A DNA stretch of 51,628 nt from assembly GCA_947458155.1 (NCBI GenBank), contig CANGZM010000001.1:1-51628 (forward strand), written 5' to 3'. Positions 37,797 through 48,130 of the stretch are shown piece after piece. This stretch comes from Synechococcaceae cyanobacterium (GTDB lineage Bacteria; Cyanobacteriota; Cyanobacteriia; PCC-6307; Cyanobiaceae). The position numbers and the translations under genes are program-made. Below the pieces are notes generated by a model. The model ran no database searches and was not told where the DNA came from. It saw nothing but the letters and a program-made list of their open reading frames with translations. Within the stretch, counting starts at the first letter, position 1; the number at the start of each line of letters is the position of its first letter.

Positions 37797-40700
37797 CAGT
37801 CCATGTCCCCCTCAGCTTCGGCAGCAGCCAGGCCGGCGGGGGAGAGCCGATAGCGGGCGCCGCGCTTCTGGCCCAGCTGCTCGATCTGGCCGCTCACCTT
37901 GAGCTGCTTGATCGCCGCGGTGAGCTGGGCATCCTCAGTGGCATGTAGCTCAGCGATGGACGCCTTGGCCATGCCTTCAGGCGGTGCGGCGGTGAGCACC
38001 AGCCGCACCTGACGGATCAGCTCCGGATCCAGGCTTTGGGTGGTGCGGCGAGCCCGACTGGTGCCTGCTGAAGCGGACTGTGCGGCCCGTGGAGCGCGGG
38101 CGCGGGTTGCGGCCAGTGGCGGTGGTGCAGCGAGAAATCGCTGCAGGGCGTCGCTTCTGGCATGGTTCGTGTGAGCCGCGACCACCTGGGCCAGCTGCTC
38201 CTCGCTGAGGGGGACGGGTTCCCATTTGCCCTGCTGGTTTTCGCGCCAGAAGGTGGCGTCGAGGCCGTGCGCAATGGCCAGGCTGCGGTCGGTGGCGCAT
38301 TTGGGGATCACCCGCTCTGGCCAGAGGTGAAAGGCCAGGTGGGCCCAGTCGTATTCCTCAGCAACGAGCTTGTCCCAGCATTCCTTCACCTTCTTCTGCC
38401 AGGGGGCATAGGGGGTGATCCGCCAGAGGATCGCGTGGTTGATGATCACGCCATCGTTGAGATCCGGCTTCCAGAGGGGAGCCACCAAGCTGAGCTCGGC
38501 CTTGAGCTGCTTGAGATCTTCAAGCAGCGCCTGGCTGGATTGAAGCTGCTGGGCCGCATCGGTGGTTCCACCCAATGCCAGTTGCTGCTTCCACTCGAAA
38601 CAATCTCGATCAGCCTGGGAGATGCGTGGTTCCACGTACTCCTGCAGCACCCGATAGAGCGTGTCTGCGGTAAAGCGGTGGTAGTAGAGCCACACCGAGT
38701 AGCTGCCATTGCCGGCAGAGAGCAGCCAGTAGATGGGGGCTTGGCGACGGCTCTTGGAGTAGCGCTTCAGGTGATCGGCGAAGAAGCAGGTGGGACGGTG
38801 GAACCATTCCCGAAGGTTAAGAACTCCGAGCAATGAGCATGCCTCCTGTACCAACTGCTCGGCTTGGTCGCCCCAAATCACAGAAAAGGCTGCCTGGACG
38901 CGGCGTTCGATGTCGAGCGGGTGCTCCGGGTCGTCCACGACAATGCCGTCCCAGGCCACATCGAGCGGATATAGACCTTCAGCCCGCAGTATTTGGCCGG
39001 CTTCTGGCGACAGCGGAAGGCCGTTGTCTCCTTGGAGCATCCCGGGTGGACAGACCGGCAGCGGCGCAAACGGGTCTGGCAACTCCGGCACTGACCGCTC
39101 ACCCGTGGCATAGCGGGCATCCCATCGGCCGAAGACTAAGCCGATTAGATAGCAAAAATGCGTCTTCTCCGTAGCCAAGGGCGAGAAATCTAATACGAAA
39201 TCTGGATCTTCTTGTTCGCCATCACCTTCGGCCGTCCCTACGTTCTTCTGCAACTTCAGAGCTTCTCTCAAATCGCGTTCAATGCTGACAACTTCGTCTG
39301 CGTCAAAGCCAAAGCTCTGGGCGACTAAGCCCTCACCCTCCTCATCTAAAAGAGATTCTGGATTGAAGCCTAACGCAACCCCATTCTCACAGAAGTCAAG
39401 TACTTTGATAGGCAGCAAGAACTCGTGGAAGGGCTCATGGTTTTGATAAGCTCTTCGCCGCCTCAGAACCTCCTCATCCATGCATTTCTTTAGGTGCTGG
39501 CGCACCTGCTCTGAAATCTTTGGCCAAGGAAGGCGCTTGACAGTCCCGACAAGAAACTTAGGCCAGGCGAACTTCTCACCATAAAAACGCAAGAAAGCAG
39601 AAACCAATCTCGATGAGCAGATACCAATTGCCTCAGACTCCATTCCATTTTGCGGAATTGCGATATAGCGACTTGCCGACGGAATGCAGCCCGCAGGAAC
39701 AATGTAAGGAATAAAACGAACGGATCGGAGGGTCCAGCTGAAACCAGGGCGAAAGAAATGCATCTTGATTGCATCCCGTAGCATCCAGATATTTGAGCGG
39801 ACAGATCCTTTGGGGTTAAGATTGTTCCAAAGTTCAGCAGCGTCATCAGCCCACCGAACTAATAGCGTTACAGGTGAATACCACGGTTGAGATGGACCAG
39901 CAAGGATGTATGGAACCCATGCTCTATTTGTTGCAGAAGTCCACTCTGATGGATGGACTTCCCAGATGCCTCTTGCAAATCGCGGGTTGTCAGCAGTGGC
40001 CAAACCTTGTCGGACATCACCAACTAAGTCCTTGAAGGATCCCAAAGTTGAAAATTTCTTAATTGCAGATCGTTGAACCCAGTAAGCAAATGGTATGCCT
40101 GGTAACAGCCCAAAGCTGGTTTGCTTGGCGAGAAAGACTCTTTGTTCTGGACTGCCGGCCTGATGCGAGTCAACGCAGGCTTTGATGGACTCTTCACGGT
40201 CACGATCCGCGATGCAGCGAAAAATAACTGCGGCCGTCGATGGTCGAGCCTGTTCGAGCACATACGCAGCCGCCTCAACCATCGCGCCATCCATGACGCC
40301 TTGACCGAGATCGGCAATGATTCTTAGGGCGGATCGATCCAAAATAACTATCTGACGCCATTCGGAGAAGCTACCGGCGAAGAAACATGTGCGTGCTGTG
40401 ATAGCTCCGATGCGACCCGATTGGCCTAGTCGCGCAAGGAATCGATCAACAAATGCTGCTAGGATGTCATTATAGATGTTCGGATAAGCGTCCTGGTCGA
40501 CGACTACGTCTTTCCACTGCTTGGAGAACTCTCCAAACGGTGGATTCATAACGACCGCGTCGTAGTGCTTGCGGCAAAGGTCAATGAACGCAAAGCCCTG
40601 TGCAGCGTCGCCGGCAAAGAGGCGACGCTTGAATCCGCCTCCATTTTCAGCCTGTTCTGCATACGTTTCAAGCGCGTCGTAAATCCGTTGCTCGGCCCGC

Positions 40701-42316
40701 TCCCAGAACTGCTTATCCGTAATCCCAGAAAGGTCCAGTCCCAATTCGCCCTGATCCGTAGTTCCGCCAGGCCTAGAAAAGAGCGAGGCTTGCTCGTAGC
40801 TGGGCCCCTGTTTCCAGAGTCTCTTGGCGTCGGCGATGGCGGTGCGAATGTCCTCCTCGATACGCAGCAGGGAGCCCGCCTCGCCAGCAAGAGTCATCTG
40901 GTCGAAAATGGTTTCCAGCAAATGCGTAAAGGCGGGTTGCTCGCCAGCGGTGAACTCCTGCGCTACAAACTCCCGCAACAGTTCCTTCTCACCCGGCATC
41001 GGCTCGGCGCACACCACATTCGCCCGAGTGATGCTGGGCCGATCGGCGATCGCCACACCGATCTGCTGCCAGGCGCGCTGGGTGCGCAGCCAGAGGCTCA
41101 ACCGCGCGATTTGGGTGGCACGTGGGTCGATGTCGATGCCGTGGATGTTGTGCTCCACGATCAGGCGCGGCACCTCACGGAGGAATGCCACTTTGTCGGG
41201 AAAACTGGCCGCAAAGGCAACGAATGGCGCAAACGTGGCTGTGGACTTCGCCGAATCGTCAGAGCCATGGGCAATGTCCCAGGCTTCCTCGTAGATCACC
41301 GTGAAGAGATCGAAGGCGTAGAGCCCGAAGTGCATCGAGCCGCAGGCCGGGTCGAGCAAAAGGATCGCGCGCGGATCCTTGAGTGGCCGATAGAGAATGT
41401 GCACGGGCTCGCGCAGCAGCTCTTCTTGCGAAAGGGTTTCTCCATCACTCTCCCCATGACCGGTGGCACTCTCTGGTGCAGCCTCGCCAGGCTGCAAAAA
41501 AATCTCCGTGGGCCGGCGGACCAGGTAACGGCAACGGTCCCTTAGGGACGTTCCACCGCGCCGCATCTCATACCAGAGGCGGCCGAGGGTGTTATCAGTG
41601 AGGAACTCCACCACATAGCGCGGTGTGAAGAACTGGTTGCGCACCGCCAACTCGCGGCTATTGCGAGGTGCGCCACCTTTCACGGCATCGCGCATCTCCT
41701 TAACATCGTTGCCATTGAAGTATTGATACACCCAGCCGATCGTTTCGTCTTCGCTCCAGAGTTCGGCCAACTCCGGCCGGTTGAGAATCTCCAGCAGCTC
41801 CAACAACGCCGCCCGCCGCGGCCACAGCAGGCTGGCCGGATCGCGAGGATCGAAGAGCACCTTCACCTCCCGGCTCACGTCCTCAAACAGGCACTGCAGA
41901 AACAACTGGTAGCTGCCTTCTGGATCCGCCAGCAGGGCTGGCGCCAGGCCAGTGAACTCCTCGAAGCCACTCGATTGCTGCCCCTGGCTCACGCACTCAT
42001 GCACCAGGGCGCGCGCTTCCATCAGCTTCAGGGCCACGAAGCGGTTCAGGGTGGTGAAGGCCATCTCCCGCCGGAACAGCAGCAGTGCTTCCTTCAAGTC
42101 GTTGCCGGCGGCCTGCTTATGGGCAATCGCGGCGGTGAGCTTGCTGCGCAGGAACCGCTGCTCCCCATCAAGATGGCTGCCGGGGCCATCAGCCACACGG
42201 GCTTTGGCCACGTCGATGTCGAACACCTCCAGCAGCTGGGAGCCGAAATCCCCCTCCAGCAGATTCCGCGCATCCTTCACGGCCCGCTGAATCGCGTTGC
42301 GTTGCTCCTTCTCCAT
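37796..42316 (-). CDS. pglX: BREX adenine-specific methyltransferase PglX
   Basis: QFFTPRYVV, LDPACGSMHF (motif I), VMNPPF (motif IV), YSKSRRQAPIYW, DLNDGVIIN and DWAHLA. Confidence 0.93.
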   Translation of the reverse strand: MEKEQRNAIQRAVKDARNLLEGDFGSQLLEVFDIDVAKARVADGPGSHLDGEQRFLRSKLTAAIAHKQAAGNDLKEALLLFRREMAFTTLNRFVALKLMEARALVHECVSQGQQSSGFEEFTGLAPALLADPEGSYQLFLQCLFEDVSREVKVLFDPRDPASLLWPRRAALLELLEILNRPELAELWSEDETIGWVYQYFNGNDVKEMRDAVKGGAPRNSRELAVRNQFFTPRYVVEFLTDNTLGRLWYEMRRGGTSLRDRCRYLVRRPTEIFLQPGEAAPESATGHGESDGETLSQEELLREPVHILYRPLKDPRAILLLDPACGSMHFGLYAFDLFTVIYEEAWDIAHGSDDSAKSTATFAPFVAFAASFPDKVAFLREVPRLIVEHNIHGIDIDPRATQIARLSLWLRTQRAWQQIGVAIADRPSITRANVVCAEPMPGEKELLREFVAQEFTAGEQPAFTHLLETIFDQMTLAGEAGSLLRIEEDIRTAIADAKRLWKQGPSYEQASLFSRPGGTTDQGELGLDLSGITDKQFWERAEQRIYDALETYAEQAENGGGFKRRLFAGDAAQGFAFIDLCRKHYDAVVMNPPFGEFSKQWKDVVVDQDAYPNIYNDILAAFVDRFLARLGQSGRIGAITARTCFFAGSFSEWRQIVILDRSALRIIADLGQGVMDGAMVEAAAYVLEQARPSTAAVIFRCIADRDREESIKACVDSHQAGSPEQRVFLAKQTSFGLLPGIPFAYWVQRSAIKKFSTLGSFKDLVGDVRQGLATADNPRFARGIWEVHPSEWTSATNRAWVPYILAGPSQPWYSPVTLLVRWADDAAELWNNLNPKGSVRSNIWMLRDAIKMHFFRPGFSWTLRSVRFIPYIVPAGCIPSASRYIAIPQNGMESEAIGICSSRLVSAFLRFYGEKFAWPKFLVGTVKRLPWPKISEQVRQHLKKCMDEEVLRRRRAYQNHEPFHEFLLPIKVLDFCENGVALGFNPESLLDEEGEGLVAQSFGFDADEVVSIERDLREALKLQKNVGTAEGDGEQEDPDFVLDFSPLATEKTHFCYLIGLVFGRWDARYATGERSVPELPDPFAPLPVCPPGMLQGDNGLPLSPEAGQILRAEGLYPLDVAWDGIVVDDPEHPLDIERRVQAAFSVIWGDQAEQLVQEACSLLGVLNLREWFHRPTCFFADHLKRYSKSRRQAPIYWLLSAGNGSYSVWLYYHRFTADTLYRVLQEYVEPRISQADRDCFEWKQQLALGGTTDAAQQLQSSQALLEDLKQLKAELSLVAPLWKPDLNDGVIINHAILWRITPYAPWQKKVKECWDKLVAEEYDWAHLAFHLWPERVIPKCATDRSLAIAHGLDATFWRENQQGKWEPVPLSEEQLAQVVAAHTNHARSDALQRFLAAPPPLAATRARAPRAAQSASAGTSRARRTTQSLDPELIRQVRLVLTAAPPEGMAKASIAELHATEDAQLTAAIKQLKVSGQIEQLGQKRGARYRLSPAGLAAAEAEGDMD

Positions 42317-42327
42317 CGCCTAGGGCC

Positions 42328-45300
42328 TCACTGCAACAGCACCTTGCGGCCGTTGCCCAGCTCCTCCTGGCACCGCCGCTCGATGCGCTCCAGCAGTTGC
42401 GGCAGCTGGTCTTCGGTGATCGGTTCTTTGCAGATCTCCCGTACCAACACGGTGGCTACCGTGACTTCCGGAAACGCCCAGCTGCGGGCGAGGGCCTCCT
42501 GTTGCCGGGCCAGGCCCTCCACTACGGCTGGCTGCTCTTTCAGCCGCACCAGATCCAGCGCCTGGGCCTCCTCTTGCCGCAGCAGCAGCGGCGCCTTGAG
42601 TTGCTCCTGCTGCTGCTCCTCCAGATCGGCATACCCCGGGGCCTGGGTCAACGCTTCCAGTTGCTTCTCCACTACCTCCGCCAACGTGGCCTTGGCTTGT
42701 GTGCATCGCTCTGAGTAGGCCAGTTCCAACTGGCTGGTGAGCTGATCGATTTGGGGAACATGCTCATAGAAAGAAAGGGACTGCAGCCGATCTGCCAGGG
42801 AGTCCCTCGCCTGTTGCAGCGCTTCCGGTAGCTCTGGCTCCTTCTCGAGCACTCCCCACAGCAATGGCCCCTGGGCCTTGAGGGCCCGTTCTAGATCCAC
42901 CAGGCGGCTGTCCAGCACAGCCTTGATGCCCTTGGCCCGCTGTCGTTCTGCCTTCATCGCCTCGGCGTTGCCCCGGAACGATTTCACCACTTCTTCATCA
43001 TCGCTGTCCTGCCAAGTAGAGAGCTGATCCACCGCCGCGCCCAGCTCTTCTGTGCCGGGCAACTGCAGCGGCGTCATCGACACCACCACGGCATTGAGCT
43101 CGGCAATCAGCTGACGGGCTTGGTCGCGAATCTCCCGCGCCAGGGGCCCCACCTGCACGCCCTGAACCACCTTGCCCGAAAAGCCGCTGAACAGCTTGCT
43201 GGCCTCCACGATTTCTTTGGTGGTGAGGATCGGCTCATGGAGCTGAAACGCCGTGCTGTTGAAGGCCGTGTTGTTGCCGAACCACGTCTTCACCTTCGGG
43301 TCGGAGCTGCCTACAAAGCTTTGGGCCTGGTGGGTGGCCTTGAGCAAGTTGGCCCGCTGCAGCGCCCCCACCAGGAACTTCACCCCATCCACCGTCCAGC
43401 CGAAAGGGGGCGCACCGAAGTGGTCGCGCAGGTCTTTCCCTGTGAGCGGTCCCTTGCTCTTGATGCGGTTGAACACCTCCTGCAGGGCCGGACGGTTCGG
43501 ATCGATTACCCATTGCCCCTCCTGCTCCTTGCACAGCTCCAGCGTCTCGATCGCGCCGGTGAGGCCCTGGAGGTTGTCGGCGATCAACAGCTTGCTGAGC
43601 TCTTCAGCCGACGGGCTGATCGGGGCATCAGCGAAGCGGTCGTAGATCGAGGCCAGGCCATCACGCAGCACCTCGTTGAGAGCATCCGGTGCGGAAGCTG
43701 CCGTGGGTGTGTGGTGCTGGATGCCGCCGTTGAGCAGGATCGTGCCGCTCATCAAGGCCCGCTCCAGTGCCTGCACCGTGTCCTTGCGGAATCCATCGAG
43801 CTTGCGGTTCTCCTCGTTCACCAACTGCACCTGCCCTTTGCTGTTGGCGTCGCGGCTCTTGAGGGCGATCACCTTGTCGGAGCGGAACCACTCCCCAAGA
43901 GCCCTCTGCAGCTCCTCGCTGGGCTGCACCGCCCAGAAAAAGGTGTCGCGCTCCTGCTGGCTGTTCTGCCGCAACTCATCGGTGCGGCTCTCGGCATTCT
44001 CGCTTGGATCCACCAGCACCACCGCCACCGGCACGTCCCCCTTCACCAGTTCAGCGCCGCGAAAGCGCAACCCCGCCTTGAAGCTGCGCAGACCCTGGCC
44101 CAGCGCAGCCTGGGGCTGGGGGTTCCAGATCAGGGAGAGGGCCTTCTGCAGCAAGGCATTGCGGTCCTGCTGGCTGGGGGCCTGCTGGTTGCGGACCTGC
44201 TCCCAGTCCTCCTCCTCGGGTTTGGGGATTCGGTACTGGCCATCAGCCTTGCGGATCAGGTTCCGCCCCACCAGATCCCGGCAGATCTCGATCACCTCAG
44301 CCTTGAGGGAATCGGCCGCTACATGGGGGTGAAGCACCACTGCCAGAGATTCCTCGGTGGTGGGCACATGGTCCACAAACTGGAGCAGACAGATCGCCTT
44401 GGCCACCGCCACGGGCGAGAGCTGGTGCTCGGGCTTCCTGAGGAGCTGGCTGATCTGGCTGATCTTGCTGCGGTATTGGGAGTCGATGAAGTTGCTCTGC
44501 AGGTCGTAGACCCGATCCAGGGTCACCAGAGCGCCCGGCTCCGCTTCTGCCAGGCCGCACTGGGGGTTGGTGAGCAACTCCTGGGCGAGTTTGATGATCG
44601 TGCGGTTGGCTCCGCCGTATTGCTTGCTGGCTCCGCCTGAAAGCCGCAGACCCGACACGATGCTGATGATCAGCTCGATCTGATACGGCAACAGCGGGTA
44701 GAGATCGATAAACCCCTTGGCCGTGAGGGCCGGCTGTGGCAGCTTTGATTCCAGCTTGGTGTTGCTCGACAGTCGCCCCTGCACCTGGTTGAACAAGGTG
44801 CTCAATCGCTGCTCACCCTCGGCGTTCTTGCCAAGAACCCGCTTGCTCGTCACTTCAGCAATGTCGGACGGCTCAAGGGTTGGTTTGTAGGGGAAACGAT
44901 CCTGCAAACGGGCCAACTCGGGGCGGTTGTCGTCCAGAGCGCCAAAAACGTCCTGAAGGCGTTCCTGGGAGGTGACCATCACCCACACCCGGCCGCGGCC
45001 CTTCACCCCCAGCTGCTGCACGATGGCTTGTAGGTCGAGCATCTTCTGGACATCGCGGGCCACGTACTGGCCCACCTCGTCCACCACGAACAAGAGCTGC
45101 TTGCCGGGACGATGGCGCGTCATCAGCTGGATCGCGCGATCGGCAAACACAGCCGTGGTGACTGGAACCTGCTGACCACGGCTGATTTCCGCCCAGCTCT
45201 TCTCATTGGGATAGGTCTGGGGCTCCAGCTTGTGCATCACAGCGCTGGCACGAGGCAGGGCCTGGGTCTGGCGGGTCTTGGCTTCTTCCCAGGATTCCTT

Positions 45301-45864
45301 GAAATTGAGCTGCTCATACTCACTGAGGAAGGCATCGAAGCGTCCCTGCTCCTCAAGTTCGATCTGCAGTTCAGCCACCTGCAGGTTGTTCGAATAGTGC
45401 AGATGCTCCAGCAGCTGGCGATAGAAGATCTCCGTGATCGACTGGTCGGCACCGATCGAGCGCTCTGCCGACACATCAAAGATGATCGCCTCAGTGGGGA
45501 TCTGAACCTTGATCGTCTCGAGCAGCGCTTTGATCCTTGCGCTGTTGGTCTGCTGGGCCAACCGATCTGCAGCGCCAACTCCTTGAATCGAGCGATTGCT
45601 GATCGCCAGGCCTAGATATTTTGCAAAACTCGATTTCCCTGAGCCGAAGAAGCCAGAGACCCAGGCGGCAATACCTTCATTGGGTTTGTTGGGTGCTTCG
45701 CGATAGGCTTCCAGGACGTCATGCAGGCTGCGCTCAATCGCTTCGGTGATGATGTATTCCTTGATCTCCTGCGCAACGATCTCCTCATCGGTCTGGTCGA
45801 CCTTGATCACCTCTTCGATCTTTCGATCGATGTCACCAGCAAACAGTTCACGAATCAGGCGCAT
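42328..45864 (-). CDS. brxC: BREX P-loop ATPase BrxC
   Basis: WVSGFFGSGKSSF, VVDEVGQY, VTSQE and YPLLPYQ. Confidence 0.95.
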   Translation of the reverse strand: MRLIRELFAGDIDRKIEEVIKVDQTDEEIVAQEIKEYIITEAIERSLHDVLEAYREAPNKPNEGIAAWVSGFFGSGKSSFAKYLGLAISNRSIQGVGAADRLAQQTNSARIKALLETIKVQIPTEAIIFDVSAERSIGADQSITEIFYRQLLEHLHYSNNLQVAELQIELEEQGRFDAFLSEYEQLNFKESWEEAKTRQTQALPRASAVMHKLEPQTYPNEKSWAEISRGQQVPVTTAVFADRAIQLMTRHRPGKQLLFVVDEVGQYVARDVQKMLDLQAIVQQLGVKGRGRVWVMVTSQERLQDVFGALDDNRPELARLQDRFPYKPTLEPSDIAEVTSKRVLGKNAEGEQRLSTLFNQVQGRLSSNTKLESKLPQPALTAKGFIDLYPLLPYQIELIISIVSGLRLSGGASKQYGGANRTIIKLAQELLTNPQCGLAEAEPGALVTLDRVYDLQSNFIDSQYRSKISQISQLLRKPEHQLSPVAVAKAICLLQFVDHVPTTEESLAVVLHPHVAADSLKAEVIEICRDLVGRNLIRKADGQYRIPKPEEEDWEQVRNQQAPSQQDRNALLQKALSLIWNPQPQAALGQGLRSFKAGLRFRGAELVKGDVPVAVVLVDPSENAESRTDELRQNSQQERDTFFWAVQPSEELQRALGEWFRSDKVIALKSRDANSKGQVQLVNEENRKLDGFRKDTVQALERALMSGTILLNGGIQHHTPTAASAPDALNEVLRDGLASIYDRFADAPISPSAEELSKLLIADNLQGLTGAIETLELCKEQEGQWVIDPNRPALQEVFNRIKSKGPLTGKDLRDHFGAPPFGWTVDGVKFLVGALQRANLLKATHQAQSFVGSSDPKVKTWFGNNTAFNSTAFQLHEPILTTKEIVEASKLFSGFSGKVVQGVQVGPLAREIRDQARQLIAELNAVVVSMTPLQLPGTEELGAAVDQLSTWQDSDDEEVVKSFRGNAEAMKAERQRAKGIKAVLDSRLVDLERALKAQGPLLWGVLEKEPELPEALQQARDSLADRLQSLSFYEHVPQIDQLTSQLELAYSERCTQAKATLAEVVEKQLEALTQAPGYADLEEQQQEQLKAPLLLRQEEAQALDLVRLKEQPAVVEGLARQQEALARSWAFPEVTVATVLVREICKEPITEDQLPQLLERIERRCQEELGNGRKVLLQ

Positions 45865-45867
45865 GGG

Positions 45868-46470
45868 TCAGGAAAACAGCTTGGGCCGATAGTTGTGATC
45901 CGCTTCCGCGGCATCCATGAACCGCAGGCCAGCGGGCCCATCGCGCTGGCCGGGATAGAACAGAACCAGAGGATGCAGCACCTTGCGGTGCAGGTTTTCA
46001 AGCAGTGCCGACGGTCGGTGCAGACCGAACAGGGCCCCCACCCTTTCCAGGAACACGATGTGGCGGGTGTGATCCCTGCTGTTGTCAATCTTCTCGGCGA
46101 CGAGGTCATCGAGGGGACGACTTCCCTTCACCTTCCCCCCGAGGATCCCCTGGATGTCGGCTTGCACCAACTCGATGCCCGAAAACTCTTCCGCCTCAGC
46201 CAGCTCCTCCACCCCGAAGTTCGCCATGGCCAGGGCTTCCTCCAACAGCTTGGCCATCGAAATCCGCTGCACAGTCTTGCCCAGGTTCTCCAGGCGTACG
46301 GTCAGATGGCTGATGGCCTCGCGGAGCTCCCACTCATCCTTAGGAGGATAAAGGAAGATCCCAAAAGGCAGATCGGTGGAGGTGCTCAAGCCCACCCGAG
46401 AGTCTGCCGCCGCCAACACCGGCTCTAACTGCTGCTCTAGGCACAACTTCCACTCCATCGCTATCCCCAC
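45868..46470 (-). CDS. brxB: BREX BrxB (DUF1788)
   Basis: IFLYPPKDE, LLENL, PLVLFYPG and NYR; lies between brxA and brxC. Confidence 0.88.
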   Translation of the reverse strand: MGIAMEWKLCLEQQLEPVLAAADSRVGLSTSTDLPFGIFLYPPKDEWELREAISHLTVRLENLGKTVQRISMAKLLEEALAMANFGVEELAEAEEFSGIELVQADIQGILGGKVKGSRPLDDLVAEKIDNSRDHTRHIVFLERVGALFGLHRPSALLENLHRKVLHPLVLFYPGQRDGPAGLRFMDAAEADHNYRPKLFS

Positions 46471-47429
46471 GCCTCACGAACCAGTTGCTCTGGGCTAGGG
46501 GCTGGCAACTTGAGTTCAACGACGGAGCCGGCTCTGAAGTAGCTGATCATCTTGCGTTGATGGAGCTCCAACAGCCGATGCTCCAGCTGCTCTTCCGAAA
46601 GACGGAACCACTGCCAACGGCGATCGGCCAGGGCACCAGCTGTGGTGCGGTTGCTGGCCAGCAGATCAGAGAGCACATAGAGGAGGGCCTCATCAGGCAG
46701 ATAGTAGGCCGTGTAGCGGCGCCGCACCTTTCCCTGCAAGAGATCAAAGTCCACCGCAGCCTTGAGCAGGCCTCCTGCCACCCGCTTTCGAGTGCTCAGG
46801 CTCCAGTCCGCCACCTCGGCATGGTTGCGTTGCGGGGCCTGCTCCAGCCACTCCAGTGCCTGGGCGGTTTGTAGGGTATCATGGGCGTTGGCGTGGCAGC
46901 TCCACATCCAGCTCAAGCCATCACCCAGCAGGCTTTCATTGTTGGCCATGTGCCAAAGCAATAGAGGGCGCCAGCAGTGCTGACCCGTCTTGCTTTGGGC
47001 AGCCAACACCAGGGACCGATCCCACCCGCTTGGATCGAACCGCCGGCTGATTGTGGCGCAGACCTGCTTCAACCAAGCCTGGGATGCCGCCCCGATGCTG
47101 TTGGAGGTACGGATCTGAGCCAGGTTGCTGCGTTTGCTCTTCGCCAGATCCCAGTCCTGGAAAGCCCTGAGGGTGTCGTCCACTAAAGTGCCCTTGATCA
47201 GACCGTAGCTGCAGTAAGGAATCAGCAGGGGCTGAGCCTTTCCCGTTGCCGTGGCCCTCTTGGGCTTGTCGCCCGCACTCTTCACTGGTTGGGGGGCGCC
47301 ATGCACGAGCGACTTTGGATGTGCGCCGGTCTTTGAAACAGGCTGCAGACCGTTCAAGCTCGCTGCTTGCTTCCTTGGAGCCGCACCGGCGATGGTCCCT
47401 TTTCTGGTTGCGCTGGAAGCGACCATCAC
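46461..47429 (-). CDS. brxA: BREX BrxA (DUF1819-like) with low-complexity N-terminal extension
   Basis: IKGTLVDDT, WSLSTRKRVAGGLLKAAVDFDLLQG and AGSVVEL; operon position. Confidence 0.8.
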   Translation of the reverse strand: MMVASSATRKGTIAGAAPRKQAASLNGLQPVSKTGAHPKSLVHGAPQPVKSAGDKPKRATATGKAQPLLIPYCSYGLIKGTLVDDTLRAFQDWDLAKSKRSNLAQIRTSNSIGAASQAWLKQVCATISRRFDPSGWDRSLVLAAQSKTGQHCWRPLLLWHMANNESLLGDGLSWMWSCHANAHDTLQTAQALEWLEQAPQRNHAEVADWSLSTRKRVAGGLLKAAVDFDLLQGKVRRRYTAYYLPDEALLYVLSDLLASNRTTAGALADRRWQWFRLSEEQLEHRLLELHQRKMISYFRAGSVVELKLPAPSPEQLVREAWG

Positions 47430-48130
47430 GCCGACAGCTGCAGGTAAGGCACCACAAGGGTGCCAGCTCGGCTATGTGCAAAGCCAGCCGCCAGGCGCAG
47501 AAGCTCATCTGGGCCCAGTACAAGGGCATCCTCAAGCTGCAGGGCCTTTGCGGTCTGGGGCTTCTGGCTCTCCCCCCAGGCGATCTGGTCCCCGCCCAAT
47601 CCAGCGACTTCGCCGAGGGCCTGCGGCCACCGATCAGATTCCAAGGCAAATGCCCCTTCAAAGGTGTCCTCCCAGGCCTGCGCCTGATCCAACCATCGGT
47701 CGCGCTCGTTCTCGAAGGCATCTTCCACTTCCGGTAGCAGCCGGAAGAGATGGCAGACCTGGGGTCCTGTGGCTGAACGCTCAATGCCCAGAGCTTCATC
47801 GCAGACCAGCTGCGCCACCCTGAAGGCGGCTCGCGCCTGGGCGAAGGGCGCCGAACGGGGGAAGTTCTGCTCGTACAGAAACCGACCCGCCTCGTTAAGC
47901 ACCTCGCTGTTCCACCACCCCAGGCGATCCTTCTCACCGATGGCGGCCACCACCAGGCGGAGCTTGAAGAGCTGGGGGAAGTCGATCAAGACTTGGAGCC
48001 AGGCAAGGGGCGTAACGCTGTCCAGATAATGGCCGCGAGCGGCTTCAGTTGGGGCTTGAAGACCCACTTCCACACAAAGGCTCAGTTCTCGGAGGCAAGC
48101 GGGGTGGAAGTCATGCAGATCCAGCATCAC
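47426..48130 (-). CDS. brxE: BrxE-family protein
   Basis: LRLVVAAIGEKDRLGWW, FPRSA, HLFRL and VPYL; first gene of the BREX operon, overlapping the brxA start. Confidence 0.78.
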   Translation of the reverse strand: MMLDLHDFHPACLRELSLCVEVGLQAPTEAARGHYLDSVTPLAWLQVLIDFPQLFKLRLVVAAIGEKDRLGWWNSEVLNEAGRFLYEQNFPRSAPFAQARAAFRVAQLVCDEALGIERSATGPQVCHLFRLLPEVEDAFENERDRWLDQAQAWEDTFEGAFALESDRWPQALGEVAGLGGDQIAWGESQKPQTAKALQLEDALVLGPDELLRLAAGFAHSRAGTLVVPYLQLSA

